DNA from: Eledone cirrhosa
Lineage: Eukaryota
Direction of reading: 5' to 3'
Assembly: GCA_964016885.1 (NCBI GenBank)
Contig: OZ024754.1
Span: 40,796,001 to 40,860,000, forward strand
Length of the DNA: 64,000 bases
Within the stretch, counting starts at the first letter, position 1; every line of letters begins with the position of its first letter. Shown here piece by piece: positions 38,701 to 52,682 of this stretch. A program made the position numbers and the translations under genes. A model generated the notes under the pieces. It was not told the origin of the DNA, did not search any database, and worked only from the letters and a program-made list of their open reading frames with translations.

Positions 38701-39944
38701 ATTTCACTTTCTCCCCTTTTTAAATGTATAACTCTTATTTTATACACCGACATTTATTTAAGAACAATATTAAATGTATCCATGATTATTTAAAATCAAT
38801 GTTAAACGAATCTATGTAATAAAAATGTCTGTTGAGATACCATTGTAATTAAATTATCCCCTTTTATTATCTTTAGGGAAGAAATAGATGTAAAATGTTA
38901 AAATATGTTTTATATCTAAATATAAAGTTAACGGTGTCAAAAATTATAATCGTATCCGTTTTATTTTGTTTTTACTGAAATATATTTGATTACCAAATAC
39001 CTCTTAAATAATTTGATTTAAAAAAAATTCAACATTGTTTCTTTAAAATAAATTCACTAGGATATTTATTTATAAGTGGATTTTAAAATGTTCACAATAA
39101 AATAATGTTTTAACCACATGAATTATTCCAGTGTAAATATGTTACATAACTATAAACAATATATATATATGGGATAATATGATGGCTGCCCCCTCGTCAT
39201 CGAGTATGACCATTGCACGATATAACATTATTAATAATTATCAATTAATTCTATCGTGCAATGCCTGTGCGTGAAGATATTTTTTAAAGTGAGGGAAGAC
39301 TGCACTGAGCCAATTCCTACTCTCTGAGCAACAGTAGCTATAACCCGAAAAGAATGGATAATTCTATTAAGACTGAATCTTCCTCAATGACATTGTAATA
39401 TCCTCTTAAGTCACCTCTCAATTTACAATGAAACGAGGGGATCTTTACAAGGTGGACCCACCTGTTACATAATTCAGCCACCAAATCCCCATTAAACCAC
39501 ACTCTTTTACCGTCTTCAAAAACTGAGGATACAACTTAAGTGGGTTTTTTTTTTCTTCTGTCTTATATGTCCCATGGTAAAAATTATATATAAAAAGAAA
39601 ACTTTATACTCATGGCCCGTACAGCTGAAATAATATGACCAAATAACCAATGTCTGAAAATTAAGATGGTATGGTCAAATTTGGAACGATTTGATTGTAC
39701 GTCTGCTCAATCATGATTGATTTAGGGTTAAACAACATTTGTTCGAGTGTACTTCAACAAAGTCACTCAGTTTGCTAGAAATAACAGCCAAATTTGCCGA
39801 AAATCTCGAGACGACATGGTCATGGCTGGAATGTTTTTAATCTTACATATATATGCACCTGTTAATCTATTATTGTTATTACGTTTTGCCAACGACGGAG
39901 CCCCTAGGCGGTGATTTGGATTGCTAGAAATAGAAATGTAGTCA

Positions 39945-39989
<45 letters not shown>

Positions 39990-40423
39990 AGTCGTGTATG
40001 GAATGGTCGCGGATGGCGGGGAGGACGCCTTTAATGATAGAATTGACCTTGGACGAAACATTCAACCGAAAATATTTTCTTTGCTTCGAAAGGCATTACA
40101 AACGTTTCTTCTTGCGATTAAACATCATTCTGCTGTTCATTCGACCTGCTAGAAATAGTTGCAAAATCTCCTTCAAATCTCATTACCCTCCGTCCAAAGG
40201 AAAGGTCGCGTTGGATGATGCACGCTTAGGTATAAAAAAAACACGGGGTGGTCACGACTGAAATAACTTTAATCACAAGCCTACATTTTACGAAAACTAT
40301 TTTCTACAATTTACAAGTTAAGTTATTACTAATAGTTTCAATAAGTTGTTTTATTGGTTTCCATCATTGGACTGTGATCGTGCCCGCGCACTACCATAAT
40401 CCTTTAGCATTTACATTATTGTG

Positions 40424-40762
40424 AAGGCACATGGCTTAGTGGTTAGAGCATTGGCCTTGCAATCGAAAGGTTGTGAGTTCAATTCTCGGACTGGGTGATG
40501 TGTTGTTTCCTTGAGCAAAACACTTTATTTCACATTGCTCCAGTTTACTCAGCTGTAGAAATGAGATGATAGGACTGGGGTCCCTATCATTCCACTGCAA
40601 AAGTGGTCGTGGAGGTGCCATGGCTAAAAAATCACCCAGCCAGAATCAGTTCCCATATGAGCAAGACAAGGTCAGCCGACCGGACACTGCCCACAACAGG
40701 ACAAACCGTCTAACTCATGCTAGCGTGGAAGAACGGACGTAAAAACGGTGATGATGATGATT
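40424..40762 (+). mobile_element. tRNA-derived SINE family B with RTE-shared 3' tail (other copies ~5733-6068, 20070-20345 -, 21455-21570, 22742-23200, 47375-47690 -, 50510-50826)
   Basis: tRNA-like head GGCTTAGTGGTTAGAGC...GAGTTCAATTC, core CCTTGAGCAAGACACTTTATTTCAC, and a 3' segment nearly identical to the RTE 3' UTR ending in (GAT)n. Confidence 0.85.
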
Positions 40763-40954
40763 ATTCTATATTTACTATTATATTTTCAAGGTAAAGGCTT
40801 TATCTCACATAATATCGAATCTATGAGATTTCGTTATTTATTTTGAGAACAATACCTGAACATAAATATGAGTAGCCTGTTATATCTAGTTTGGACAGAA
40901 AGAGGTGAGAGGATTCTGGCTGGATATGGCTGGTTTAAATGCTAAAGGTTTAAA

Positions 40955-43277
40955 ATGGAAGAACGGGGGGAGCAGGGTACATTACATAGAGACCAAGAGG
41001 GAAGCTAGGCGACAAGTATACTTAGCTAGGAGGGAAGCAGAGGATAGAAAATTCAAGCATGTTTTACAACGTGAGGACCAGAAACAGGAGGTATTCAAGA
41101 TTGCGAGGCAGTGTGTCAGAGATAGTTGTGATGTCATTGGAGAGAAGTGTATCCGGAATGATAAAGGTGAGCTTGCCCTCACAAGTGCTGAGAAGAAAGA
41201 TGCATGGAAGAGTCATTATGATAGATTACTAAATGAGGAGAATGCATGGGAAGAAGAGACCCTACCCCACGTAGACCCTATAGAGGGACCAGCAGTACAA
41301 GTCAGCGGCAGCGTAGTAAGTAAGGCAATCAGAGATATGAAGATAGGGAAGGCAACCGGTCCATCGGGTATAGCTGCCGAGATGCTGAAGGCATCTGGGT
41401 CTGTAGGTCACACTATAACCACACGTATCGTTAACCAGGTAATACTAGAGGGGGGGGGGGCCATACCAAAAGATTGGTGCAGTAGCATCATTGTCAACTG
41501 CTACAAAGGTAAAGGCGATGCACTAGATAGAGGAAACTATAGAGGTATAAAGTTGATGGACCAGGTCATGAAAGTAACAGAAAGAGTTATAGCACAGCTG
41601 ATTAGGGACCGGGTGAATATAGACGAGATGCAATTTGGGTTTGTACCAGGGAAAGGCACCACTGATGCGCTCTTCCTTGTGAGGCAATTACAGGAAAAGT
41701 ACCTAGCTAAAAGTAAGCCACTCTACTTGGCATTTGTCGACCTTGAGAAAGCCTTTGACAGAGTTCCACGTGCAGTAATCTGGTGGGCTCTTAGAAAACT
41801 AGGAGTAGATGAATGGCTTGTGAAAGCGGTACAAGCCATGTATAGGGGAGCAGTCAGCAAAGTTAGGATTGGCAATGAGTATAGCGAGGAATTTAGCGTA
41901 CAGGTTGGGGTCCACCAGGGCTCTGTTCTTAGCCCTCTCCTGTTCATCATAGTCCTGCAGGCAATAACGGAGGAGTTTAAGACCGGATGCCCATGGGAAC
42001 TCCTGTATGCTGATGACCTCGCACTCATAGCTGAATCTATGGTAGAACTAGAGAATAAATTCCAAACCTGGAAGCAGGGACTAGAGAGAAAGGGCCTCAA
42101 AGTCAACATGACAAAGACTAAGGTCCTTATAAGTAGACGAGAAAACAGAACCCAGATCCCCTCAGGGAAATGGCCTTGCTCAGTATGTAGGAAAGGTGTA
42201 GGTAGGAACTCCATTCTCTGCCCCAAATGCAAACAATGGGTACACAAGAGATGTAGCGGGATCTCAGGAAGCTTAATTAAGAATGTAGGATTCACATGCA
42301 GCAGCTGTGCTGAAACAGCAAGCAAACAGCCACAGGAAACAAGTACCACCAATCTCTGGGAGGGCCCTGTAGAAACAGTAGACAGCTTCTGCTACCTAGG
42401 TGACCGAATTAGCAACGGAGGTGGGTGCTCAGAAAGTACAATAACTAGGGTAAGAACGGGATGGAAGAAGTTTAGGGAACTACTACCACTGCTAGCTGCA
42501 AAAGGCTTCTCCCTCAGAATGAAAGGCAGACTGTATGATGCGTGTATCCGAACAGCGATGTTGCATGGTAGTGAGACCTGGGCGCTGAAGGTGGAAGACT
42601 TACGTAGATTAGAGAGAAACGAAGCCTGCATGCTCCGATGGATGTGTAACAGTAATATACGTGAACGACAAAGCATAAATGAATTGAGAGAGAGACTGAG
42701 CATAAGAGGAATCAAATGCTGCGTGCAGGAGAGGCGGTTACGCTGGTATGGACATGTGATGCGTATGAAGGATGACAGCTGCATAAAAAGGTGCAGAGCA
42801 CTAGAAGTTGATGGAAACCGCGGAGTGGGGAGACCCAAGATGACTTGGGATGAGGTGATAAAAGCCGACCTTACCCAACTACACCTCTCAAAGTCAATGA
42901 CACACGACCGTGACTTCTGGCGTCACGCAGTAATACAGGGTACCCGACCTCCCATGGGTACATGCTGAAGCATATAAACAATATGCCCCCCCCCCCCCCC
43001 CCCCCCCACCGCAAGGTGGTCGTGGAGGTGCCACGGCAAAAAAGCACCCAGCCCACACTGTAAAGTGGACGTGTAGGCGCCACGAAAAAGCACCCAGCAC
43101 TCACTGTAAATGAGGTTGGTGTTAGGAAGGGCATCCAGCTGTAGAAATCAAGCCAGATCAGTTCCTGTATGAGCAAGGCATGGTCAGCCGACCAGACACT
43201 GCCCACAACAGGACAACCCGTCTAACCCATGCTAGCGTGGAAGAACGGACGTAAAACGGTGATGATGATGATGATGA
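40955..43277 (+). mobile_element. RTE-clade LINE, 5'-truncated, uninterrupted RT ORF plus 3' UTR and (GAT)n tail
   Basis: ORF to 42968 with NYRGIKL, QFGFVPG, AFVDLEKAFDRV, GVHQGSVLSPLLF, LYADD, FCYLG, a PHD-like Cys/His cluster, [10 protein letters not shown] and GRPKMTW; ends in GATGATGAT. No endonuclease domain. The first ~16 codons of the ORF track come from the adjacent MITE. Confidence 0.92.
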
Positions 43278-43771
43278 TATCAACCTTAGACCACAAAATT
43301 TCACTCACAAGGTCAACTGTAGCTTATAGTAGAAAACACTACCTCCAAGGTGCCACACAATGGCTCCTGAAATCAAAGGGCTGTTCAGCAATCCTGTGTC
43401 TATGGTTTCTAATTGTTAAATGAACGGTTTGTTATTTAAGTTTGATAGATCATTGAAATATTTTGGGTTTTGTCTTTTGTGGGTAAATGAATATGTTGGC
43501 CTTGCTGTGAGATTAACAGTTGGGTTTAAAAGTCACATTGAGGGGACCACCATTACTTTCTCAGACGATTTAAATTTCCCCTGTATAATAGCAGTCTCGG
43601 TGGACTCTTCATCTCATCTGCACTCCATCACATCACTTTGTTCATCCAACAAGTGTTATCCATTCATATTGTATAACTGTGTCAGTACCATTACATCTTC
43701 TTCACCTAGAATTTGCTGTTTTATTACCCACTTCACCTTGCATTTCAATCCATGTTTTATATTCTTTAGAG

Positions 43772-46700
43772 ATGAAAATGGCTGAACAAATGCGGTACCC
43801 ATACAGCATGAGTGCCAAGATGATGCGCTTTCCATGGAAATACCATTGGGCAAATGCTAGGTTTTTGAGATATGTTACATATGCTGTCTTAATAACAACT
43901 CCTTTGTACATCAAAATTCATTCTCTTGGTAAGAATTGTTTTTTTCTCGTGGATTGGCAGTATCGGTAGAGGGTCGGACACCATGCTTTCCAGCATAGTT
44001 ACGTCCCTTTACGATCTGAGTTCAAATCCCGCCGAGGTTGACTTTGCCTTTCATCCTTACGGGGTCGATAAAATAAAGTACCAGTAATGCACTGGGTAAT
44101 TGCTGGCCTTGTGCCTAAAGTAGAAACAATTATTCTATATATAATATTGTATTTTTGTGGGAAATGCCACATCTCGCATAATTATCTCACATAATATTGA
44201 ATCTAGGAGATTTTGATACCATTTATTTTGAGAACAATATCTTAATGTCAGTATGAGTGGCTAGCTAGTTACAGCCAGTTTGAATAGAAATAGGTGAGAG
44301 AATTCTGGCCGGTTTGAATGCTAAAAGGTTAAACTATGAAAGTCCTGAGTTATTTGATTAGTTCATTATATGTGTGTGGCCACAAAGCAATGTCTCAGGT
44401 TTTTTCCGGTGGCAGGAGGTGGAATTTGAACTGAGAACACAGACCTCCAGAACTTTATCGACCCCAAAAGGACGAAAAGATTTGAACATAGAGTGCAGTG
44501 AGCTGGAGTAAATATCAAGGCATATAATTTGATGCTCCAGTCACTTTACCGACTTGCCACCTGGAGTTCCTATCATTAAAACAACCGAGAAACCTCTAAT
44601 GAGATGCAAACTGACAGGAGGCCAGTTAAACCATAGAGGTGTAAGCTGACTAAAATATCTCATATAGTTAATGACAGAAACATTTATGTTTGTAATTTGT
44701 TCTCTGTTCTTTAGGCATTTGTTTTAAAATGCATAATCCCTTCTATCTTATGAAATAAAATATATAGGTGTGAGCTGTAGTAACATATAATATATAGGTG
44801 TGAGCTGTAGTAACATGTAATATATAGGTGTGAGCTGTAGTAACATATAATATATATGACTAAATTATCTCAAACAGTTAATTTGTTGTCTGTTCTTTAG
44901 CCATTTGTTTTAAAGTATATAATTTCCTGTGTTATGAAATGAAATCAGTTGTTATAATTCTATCTACAATCTTAACGTCAATTCTCTCCTTTTTCTAATT
45001 GCCATTCATCACCATAACACTTTTTAATGAAAGACACTTTGTGAGAGATGGAGGCGATGGCAGTGGGAGTTTGGCTCCTCTGTGTTCGGACCTGGTGTAC
45101 GTGTATGTGCATGCTTACTGTCTTATCACTTACACAAGTCTACCATAATAAAAACAACAATAACAGCACTATTTACAATATTTAGGATGATAATAGTGAT
45201 GCTAGAAATACTTCTACATTATACACTGAAAATTATAAAAAACTTGGAGGTATTTAGTAAAATAGTATTTAGTAAAATAGCTAACCTCAATATTAAGCTT
45301 GTGTTTGGAACATAACTTTTGATCTGGCATGAAAATATATTGAAAGGTTTTTAGATAAATATAAACTTTAAAACAAATAGTTTTGTATAAGAAGGTTGTA
45401 GTTTGCTTCAGACATTGTGTAAAGTGTAGAAAATAGTGTTTTGGCTGAAGTGTTTTGGAGAGTAAATGTTAAAAATGTAACATTGATTTTGGGGTTTTAT
45501 TTTGTTGTTTATAAGGTCCTTATATTTCAGGATAAAATTCCCCTTCATAGAAAAAACTTTTGATGAAGGGATTTTATTCTGAAATATATCATATTTTTAA
45601 CATTTACTGTCCAATTTGTATTCTGGTAAGTTTCAAGTGAAAAACTATTTTCTAAGTAGTTTTGTGTCTTAGATCAATGGCTGGTTTCATGTGATTTTGT
45701 ATCAAAAGTGTTAAAAAGTACAGAATTGTACTTTTTGCCTATAAATGTCACAATATGTTATGTAAAAATATACCAATGATACAGCACAAAAGAAGTACAT
45801 TAACTAGCAATAGCTTAGATGTTTGCTACTTAAACTGTTGACATCTAGTGAATGATAAATAGGATTAATTACTGAATGTTCATGTTGTTGCTAAAGCTCA
45901 CACATATGTAAATTTAGCTGTACTGTGACGTTGCATCTCATAGGTTTTTTGGGGGGTATTTTAACTCTTTAGTTACCAACCCAGCTCTGATTCTATGAAA
46001 TAAAACCCATTTTAAAGTTTTCCAATTTAAATTAAAATCTTCCAACATAATTTCATATAATAACTTTACAGAGTCTTCTCTGTCCTGTTGTAGGATCCCC
46101 TGCTGGGTTTGGTTAAGTTCCATCACTTTCTGTTTGGTTTTGGTCATATCAGGGTGTATCAGTACTTACCACGCTTGGCTAATTGCGAATTTGTGAGGCT
46201 ATTTAACCTATAGTTAGGGTGGATGGCCGTTGACTCTTGAGTTTATCCACCCTTTTAATTTTGTTTACATTATAAGATTTTAAAAAACAGTTTTTTTTTT
46301 CTTCAATTAACTAAAATTGCCAAATATATATTTTTACAGCAAACCAACCTGCCAATTGGGCGAAGTGGGACGCTATCCGAGCTAAGAGAGAGCGTGAGTA
46401 TCTTAGTTATTTTAGTTTTTTAAAATGTTCTCTAATCCCCCTTTTCGTTTTTGTTTTCCATTCTGTGCGAGATGTGCAATGCTGCATGGTAGTGAGACAT
46501 GGGCAGCAACTGTAAAGGATATGCAATGGCTGGAGAGGAATGAAGCAAGCATGCTCCATTGGATGAGCAATGTCAGTGTGAGTGAACGACCAAACATAGA
46601 TGAGTTGAGAGAGAAACTGTGTATAAGAGGGATGGGGTGTAGTGTGCAGGAGAGAAGACTGCGTTGGTATGGACATGTGATGCGCATGGAGGATGATCGC

Positions 46701-47973
46701 TGGATAAAAAGAAGTGCCAAGAAATTCCAGTAGAAGGAAGACCACGAAAAATATGGGTGGATGTGGTGAGAGCTGGCCTCAGATTGCTGAAGCTCACTGA
46801 AGAGATGACGAAGGACCGTGATGAATGGAGAGATGCTCTGCTGAATAGGACCCGTCTCACCCTTGCAAACAGGGAAAGTGGACGTAAAATGATGATGATG
46901 ATGATGATGTTGATTCTTTGTTTTGTCATTTTTTTTGTTAATTTTATTTACTAATGTGATCGTGTTTATCTCTTCTCCCCCTTTTTTTTGTAATGGCTTA
47001 CATTTTTTTAACACATCTTTCTTTTTTTCTTTGTTTCACTCATGTTTCACGTCCTATGTGAGGCACCACACATTTTCCCTGATGTCACACAAAATTGTGT
47101 TTTGTAGCTTAATGGCTATAAATTAATGTTTTGTCTACACCTTTGGACAGTGTTTGGCTTATGTCAGGCGCTGTGACCCTGGATAGGCCAGCAGTACTGT
47201 TGGTAGTGATTTTGGTTAGTTAACTCTAGGGGTAACTAACCAAAGCTGCTGAGCTAGGGGTAGATCCTCTACTTTCACTAATATACACCCTCTGCATCTT
47301 ACCATGTATCAAGTACTTCTTTCATTTATGGTCTTCCCAGTACCGTAGACTATCAATATATATCATTATGATCATCATCATCATTTCATTTTACGTCCGC
47401 TTTTTCCCTGCTTGCAAGGGTGGGACGGGAACTGATTCTGGCTTGAGCTCTACAGCTGGATGCCCTTCCTAACACCAACCTCATTTACAGTGAGTGCTGG
47501 GTGCTTTTTTTGCCGTGGCGCCTCCACGACCACTTTGCAGTGGAATGATAGGGACCCCAGTCCCTATCATCTCATTTCTACAGCTGAGTAAACTGGAGCA
47601 ATGTGAAATAAAGTGTCTTGCTCAAGGAAACAACACATCACCCGGTCTGAGAATTGAACTCACAACCTTTCGATTGCAAGGCCAATGCTCTATATAAATG
47701 ATGATGATGATGATGATGCTATATTATTCGTTTGTATTAATGCTAAAAAGTGAGTCTTGTTACTCAGGGGTTTGGCATGTTTATAACAGGGTAATCAGAC
47801 AAGAAACTTGACTTCAGTATTGAGTACTCCTTTCTCTCAGCCGTCAACCACATATGAATATATATATATTAATTAAAGGTTAATTACTCTCTAATACTTA
47901 AACACCACAATAAGAAATCCTTCAGAAAAGCAATATTATATATTAAAATTGAGAAGAAACTCTAATTACAGGA

Positions 47974-48007
<34 letters not shown>

Positions 48008-48284
48008 TCATCATCGTTGAACGTCCATCTTCTACGCTAGCCCCCCCCCCCCCCCCCTGGTGTACCTATGTCCGAAACATCGTAACCCCTCCCCTCATTC
48101 TCACCAAGCGTGAAGCTAATAACATTATGTACCATTGACTTCTTCTGCGTTTGTTTGTTTGTCATTTTGAACTAATATATATATATATATGTGTATACAT
48201 ATCCACTCAACAATGTTATAATACTTATAAAATAATAATTATTTATTTACAGATACTCACTTTGACCCAGTGGTGAGGCCTTAG
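43772..48284 (+). CDS. Small (~80 aa) single-pass membrane protein, similar to Drosophila roh/CG30415
   Basis: Exons 43772-43928, 46340-46393, 48253-48284 join in frame (phase 1/1): MKMAEQMRYPYSMSAKMMRFPWKYHWANARFLRYVTYAVLITTPLYIKIHSLANQPANWAKWDAIRAKREHTHFDPVVRP*. AATAAA at ~48321. The M-x-YPY-x-x-SAK-x-x-x-FP...LAN-x-P-x-N motif is recalled from the roh family. Confidence 0.75.
46465..46910 (+). mobile_element. RTE LINE 3' fragment
   Basis: AMLHGSETWA...[13 protein letters not shown] followed by the shared 3' tail and (GAT)n. Confidence 0.85.
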
Positions 48285-48584
48285 AAAATGTCAACTGATT
48301 TGTTGAATTGTAACAACTAAAATAAAGATATAAATAGAACTCTAAAAGGTCTTCTTTTGTTATTGAAACTACTTTATTTCTGCAAAACAACAGCAAAAAA
48401 AACCCAACTCAGGCTTTTCCATGCTTGCATGGGTTGGATGTTGAAACTACTTATTTCTGCAAAACTACACAAAAAAAAAATTCAACTTAAGCTTTTGCAT
48501 GCTTGCATGGGTTGGATGTCTCTTAAATGAAAACAAATTATTAATCAACTAATGAATAAATTAAAAATAATTTTAGAGAGCAAG

Positions 48585-49900
48585 AAATTTGTATTTTCTT
48601 GTTTTGTCAACCTTGAGAAGGCATATAACTGCGTTCCTTGGGACCTGCTGTGGAAGACTGTGCAGGAGTATGTGATTGATGGTCAGTTTCTTGCTGCCCT
48701 GATGACTCTATAGGAATGCCAGGGTATTTGTGTTCGGATAAATGGTGCTAAATTGAAACCATTCAATGTGGGAGTCAGACTGTGTCAAGGGTGCATACTG
48801 TCACCTCTCCTGTTCATTATTTACATGAACAGGATTGATGTGCACAGCCAGGCTGGAAGTGTGTCACAACTGGTGGGTGTAACAATCAGTCGGCTAGAAT
48901 TTGCAGACAGCATGGTGTTGCTTAACTTGACAGAAGGTGATCTGTGACTTGCACTCGATAGGTTTGATGCCGAGTGCGGCATGGCTGGAATGAAAATCAG
49001 TGCTGCAATAACTGAGACACTCGTCTTCTCAAGGAAGCCTGCATAGTGTACTCTACATGTAAATGGAGTTCCACTGAAACAGGTAGAGGGGTTCAAGTAC
49101 CTCACGAGTGATGGAAGGCAAGAGGCTGAATTAAGTGTGTAAGAGGAGTTCAAGTACCTCACGAGTGATGGAAGGGAAGAGGCTGAATTAAGTGTGTAAG
49201 AGGAGTTCAAGTACCTCACGAGTGATGGAAGGGAAGAGGCTGAATTAAGTGTGTAAGAGGAGTTCAAGTACCTCACGAGTGATGGAAGGGAAGAGGCTGA
49301 ATTAAGTGTGTAAGAGGAGTTCAAGTACCTCACGAGTGATGGAAGGGAAGAGGCTGAATTAAGTGTGTAAGAGGAGTTCAAGTACCTCACGAGTGATGGA
49401 AGGCAAGAGGCTGATTGCAAAAGCTGGTGCAGTAATCAGAAGCGAGGTAGTCCTAAAAGCCCAAATCACTGTATGATCTTGAATATTGGGTAATGACCGA
49501 AAGAATATGATTGCGAAAACACTTGAACAAAATGAGATTTCTCCGAAGGGTCTTTGGAGTAACATTACTGGATAAAGTGCAAAGCTCGGAGATGAGAGAG
49601 TCACTCCAGGTAGAGCCCATACTTCTCCGAATTGAGAGATCACAGCTTTGAAACTACAAACGTGGTTAGAATGTCTCAGGAAAGAATTGTTGGACAGATT
49701 TTTTTACAGGCGAAACCAACAGGGAGGTGACTCAGGAGTAGATCCCGAGCAAGATGGTTGGATAAACATCCATGAGCTTGGCTGGTCACACTTGGGGATC
49801 CAGCCGGATCAGTTGCTTCTGACAGGACCTGCTGGAGAAAGTATTTGAGGACTCTGCCTCCATGACCCTCTTGGGAATAAGTGGGAGAAGAGAAGAAATT
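48585..49900 (+). mobile_element. Degenerate RTE LINE, second family (related fragments at ~12085-12330 -, ~16155-16475 -, ~28480-28940 +)
   Basis: FVNLEKAY, GVRLCQGCILSPLLFIIYM, FAD, FKYL and EP(I/L)LLRIERSQL peptides with stops and frameshifts. Confidence 0.8.
49090..49414. repeat. 57-bp minisatellite inside an RTE relic, ~6 copies
   Basis: TTCAAGTACCTCACGAGTGATGGAAGG at 49092, 49149, 49206, 49263, 49320, 49377. Confidence 0.95.
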
Positions 49901-51978
49901 TACAAAAAATGACTAATAAAATGAAAATATACAGAACTTATATGATTAGCTAAAAATTTATACAAATATACATTAAAATGTACTCAATACACTGTGTAAA
50001 GTGGTTGTCTTGTGTTAGTCTAGGACAATCCATTCAACATGGAAAATGATGGTGACAGTGATAATGATTTGTTGTTGATAGAAATTAGGAATTTGTTTAC
50101 TAAATAGAAGATAGCTACTGTAAATAGGGACAGCTACTCTCTAAATAGAGATAATTACTGTAAATAGAGACAGCTACTCTCTAATGTAGGGTCCTTACAT
50201 AAAATTATGTTGGAAGATTTAAATTTAAATTGGAAACCTTTAAAATGGGTGATTGTGTTTCATGTCAAAAAAGAAAAGGTTTAATACAGTTACAGTGGGA
50301 ATAAATTATCTAAGGGAGATAATAAAGACTGAAGAAATTTTCCATATCACAATTTAGGATAAAATCAAAATGTACAGCTCACACTTATGCCAGTTTAATT
50401 GGCCCCCTAAGAGATGGAATGACGTGTATTATGATGAAACAACTTGCTCAAGGACACAATGTATCATCCCATATAATCCTGAAACCAACATCCTAGCAGA
50501 AAATATAACAAACATTGCTCCAGTTTACTCAACTGTAGAAATGAAATGATAGGGACTGGGGTCCCTATCATTCCACTGCCACGGCAAAAAAAACACCCAG
50601 CCCACACTGTAAAGTGGACGTGTAGGCGCCACAGAAAAAAAGCACCCAGCACTCACTGTAAATGAGGTTGGTGTTAGGAAGGGCATCTATCGGTAGAAAT
50701 CAAGCCAGAATCAGTTCCTGTATGAGCAAGACTAGGTCAGCCGACCGGACACTGTCCACAACAGTACAACCCGTCTAACCCATGCTAGCGTGGAAGAACG
50801 GACGTAAAACGGTGATGATGATGATGGTATCTTTAGTAGTGGATGGGTTGTGAAAATCTGCAGTTTTCAAGAATATCTCGCTAGTGTCTCCTAATATTTA
50901 ATTTAATTGGAACGTCCGTTTAGAGCTCGTAAGCCATGATAGAGTAGGAAATTTATAGCAGACCTGCCAACCTCTAAAAACCCACACGGGGAGAAATGAG
51001 GCAGAATTGGGAGAGTATACATAATTGTTTCTAATTTTGGCACAAGGCCAGCAATTACACATAATGAAGCTATCCCCACTTTCACAAGACATCTCTCATC
51101 CACCCCAAAGTGGGTGGGAGATCTCCCCGTTCGACGGGGAGAGTTGATAGGTCAGCCATACAATTAAGAAACAAAAATGAGATTATCTCCTTTACCTTAT
51201 ATATAATATATTCATTTAATGGTTTGAAAGCCTAATAATTGGATTCACAGCGCATGCGCAATCCATACCAAAGCTCCCACTATTACAGCCCCCGCCTAAT
51301 TTAAGGAATGACAAGTCTAAGACTGTCTTTACTGCTAGAAATAGCAACGAAATATTCCCTAATAACTCTGGTTTAGATACAAGGCCAACAATTTTGGGAG
51401 AGAGCAAAGTCGATTTAATCGACCCCGTAAATGTGAAACAAAAGCTACCCTAGGCAGGATTTGAACTCAGAAAATATTCCCTAATGTGTATCTACAGTAT
51501 CATAATTTTATTCAAAATAAATGTATATTCTCAATATATTTCAGTCAAAGTCGACTGAAAATGATACACAAAATTAATTAAGAAAAAAAAGGGGGCAGAT
51601 CTGGCTATAATTATACAAACTTAAAAATGGAAACATTCTGTAGTTGCTTCTTTCTAAAGCATCACCTTTTCTCTTGGACAATGTAGTCTTAGATAATAGA
51701 CCCCTTGAAAACTTCCCAAGGTACAAGCTTAGACAAAAGTCTAATTATATCCTAGAAATAAATTGAATTAAGAGTGTAGTAATCTTTATTATCACATTCA
51801 TAGCTATTGATATTTTTATCAAGAATTAATGTCATATATTAGATATAAATTTATAAAATTATAATTTCTAACCCAAGTAAATGATTCGTTAACATTTTAA
51901 CCCCTAATTTCAAATTTGTATCGAAATGAAATCAATGATCGCAAATATTAGGAGAGATAACTTTAGACAGAGTTTGTA

Positions 51979-51994
51979 GGCCCTAAAAAGGGCC
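51979..51994 (-). terminator. Histone 3' stem-loop (H2B)
   Basis: GGCCCT-TTTT-AGGGCC on the minus strand, preceded by CAAC. Confidence 0.93.
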
Positions 51995-52026
51995 GTTGTT
52001 GTAGCAGTATTACAAACAGTAGTTGT

Positions 52027-52401
52027 CTACTTGCTACTGGTATATTTGGTGACAGCCTTTGTACCTTCAGAGACAGCATGTTTAGCTAATTCACCAGGAA
52101 GGAGAAGACGGACAGCGGTCTGGACTTCACGGCTACTAATGGTTGACCGTTTGTTGTAGTGAGCCAAACGACTAGATTCATTAGCTATTCTTTCGAACAG
52201 ATCGTTAACAAAGCTGTTCATGATAGACATAGCTTTACTGGAAATACCAGTGTCGGGGTGGACTTGTTTCATTACTTTGTAAATATAGATGGAGTAGCTT
52301 TCCTTCCTCTTCCTCTTCTTTTTCTTCTCTCCAGTACGTGGAGGTTTAGCCTTAGCGGCTTTCTTAGCTCCTTTCGATGGTGCTGCTGGTGCAGGTGGCA
52401 T
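52027..52401 (-). CDS. H2B: Histone H2B (replication-type)
   Basis: Canonical [26 protein letters not shown]...[25 protein letters not shown]; intronless; 3' stem-loop. Confidence 0.99.
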   Translation of the reverse strand: MPPAPAAPSKGAKKAAKAKPPRTGEKKKKRKRKESYSIYIYKVMKQVHPDTGISSKAMSIMNSFVNDLFERIANESSRLAHYNKRSTISSREVQTAVRLLLPGELAKHAVSEGTKAVTKYTSSK

Positions 52402-52682
52402 GATTGATTTTATATCAAATGATTGCTGTACAACTACTCACGATTCTATTTATAGTTGACAAGTAGGCTCACCAGAACATTTTCTCTCGGCGACTTAAAC
52501 CTCTCGAATTTCATTGGTAGAAATTGCTGTAACTGTACGTCACGTGACGCTCACTATGTTATTTCCGCCTCTCTAGCAGCGGCTGACAGTTTCTGGAGCC
52601 TATAGTAGTCTATTTAAAGGCAGAAAGTAACTTCTTGTAGTACATTCATTTATTTTCATCGAATACTTCATCTTATAGAATC
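52402..52682. promoter_or_regulatory. Divergent H2B/H2A promoter
   Basis: TATA-like elements on both sides (TATTTATA ~52448, TATTTAAA ~52611), ATTGG/CCAAT ~52513, palindromic GTCACGTGAC ~52539. Confidence 0.7.

Noticed and set aside
40424-40500. tRNA-like sequences (also ~5735, 21455, 22742, 25670)
   Set aside because: They run into SINE cores and tails and lack a proper acceptor stem; SINE heads, not tRNA genes.
40905-40954. N-terminus of the 687-aa RT ORF as a real start
   Set aside because: These codons belong to the adjacent MITE end; the LINE is 5'-truncated and lacks its endonuclease.
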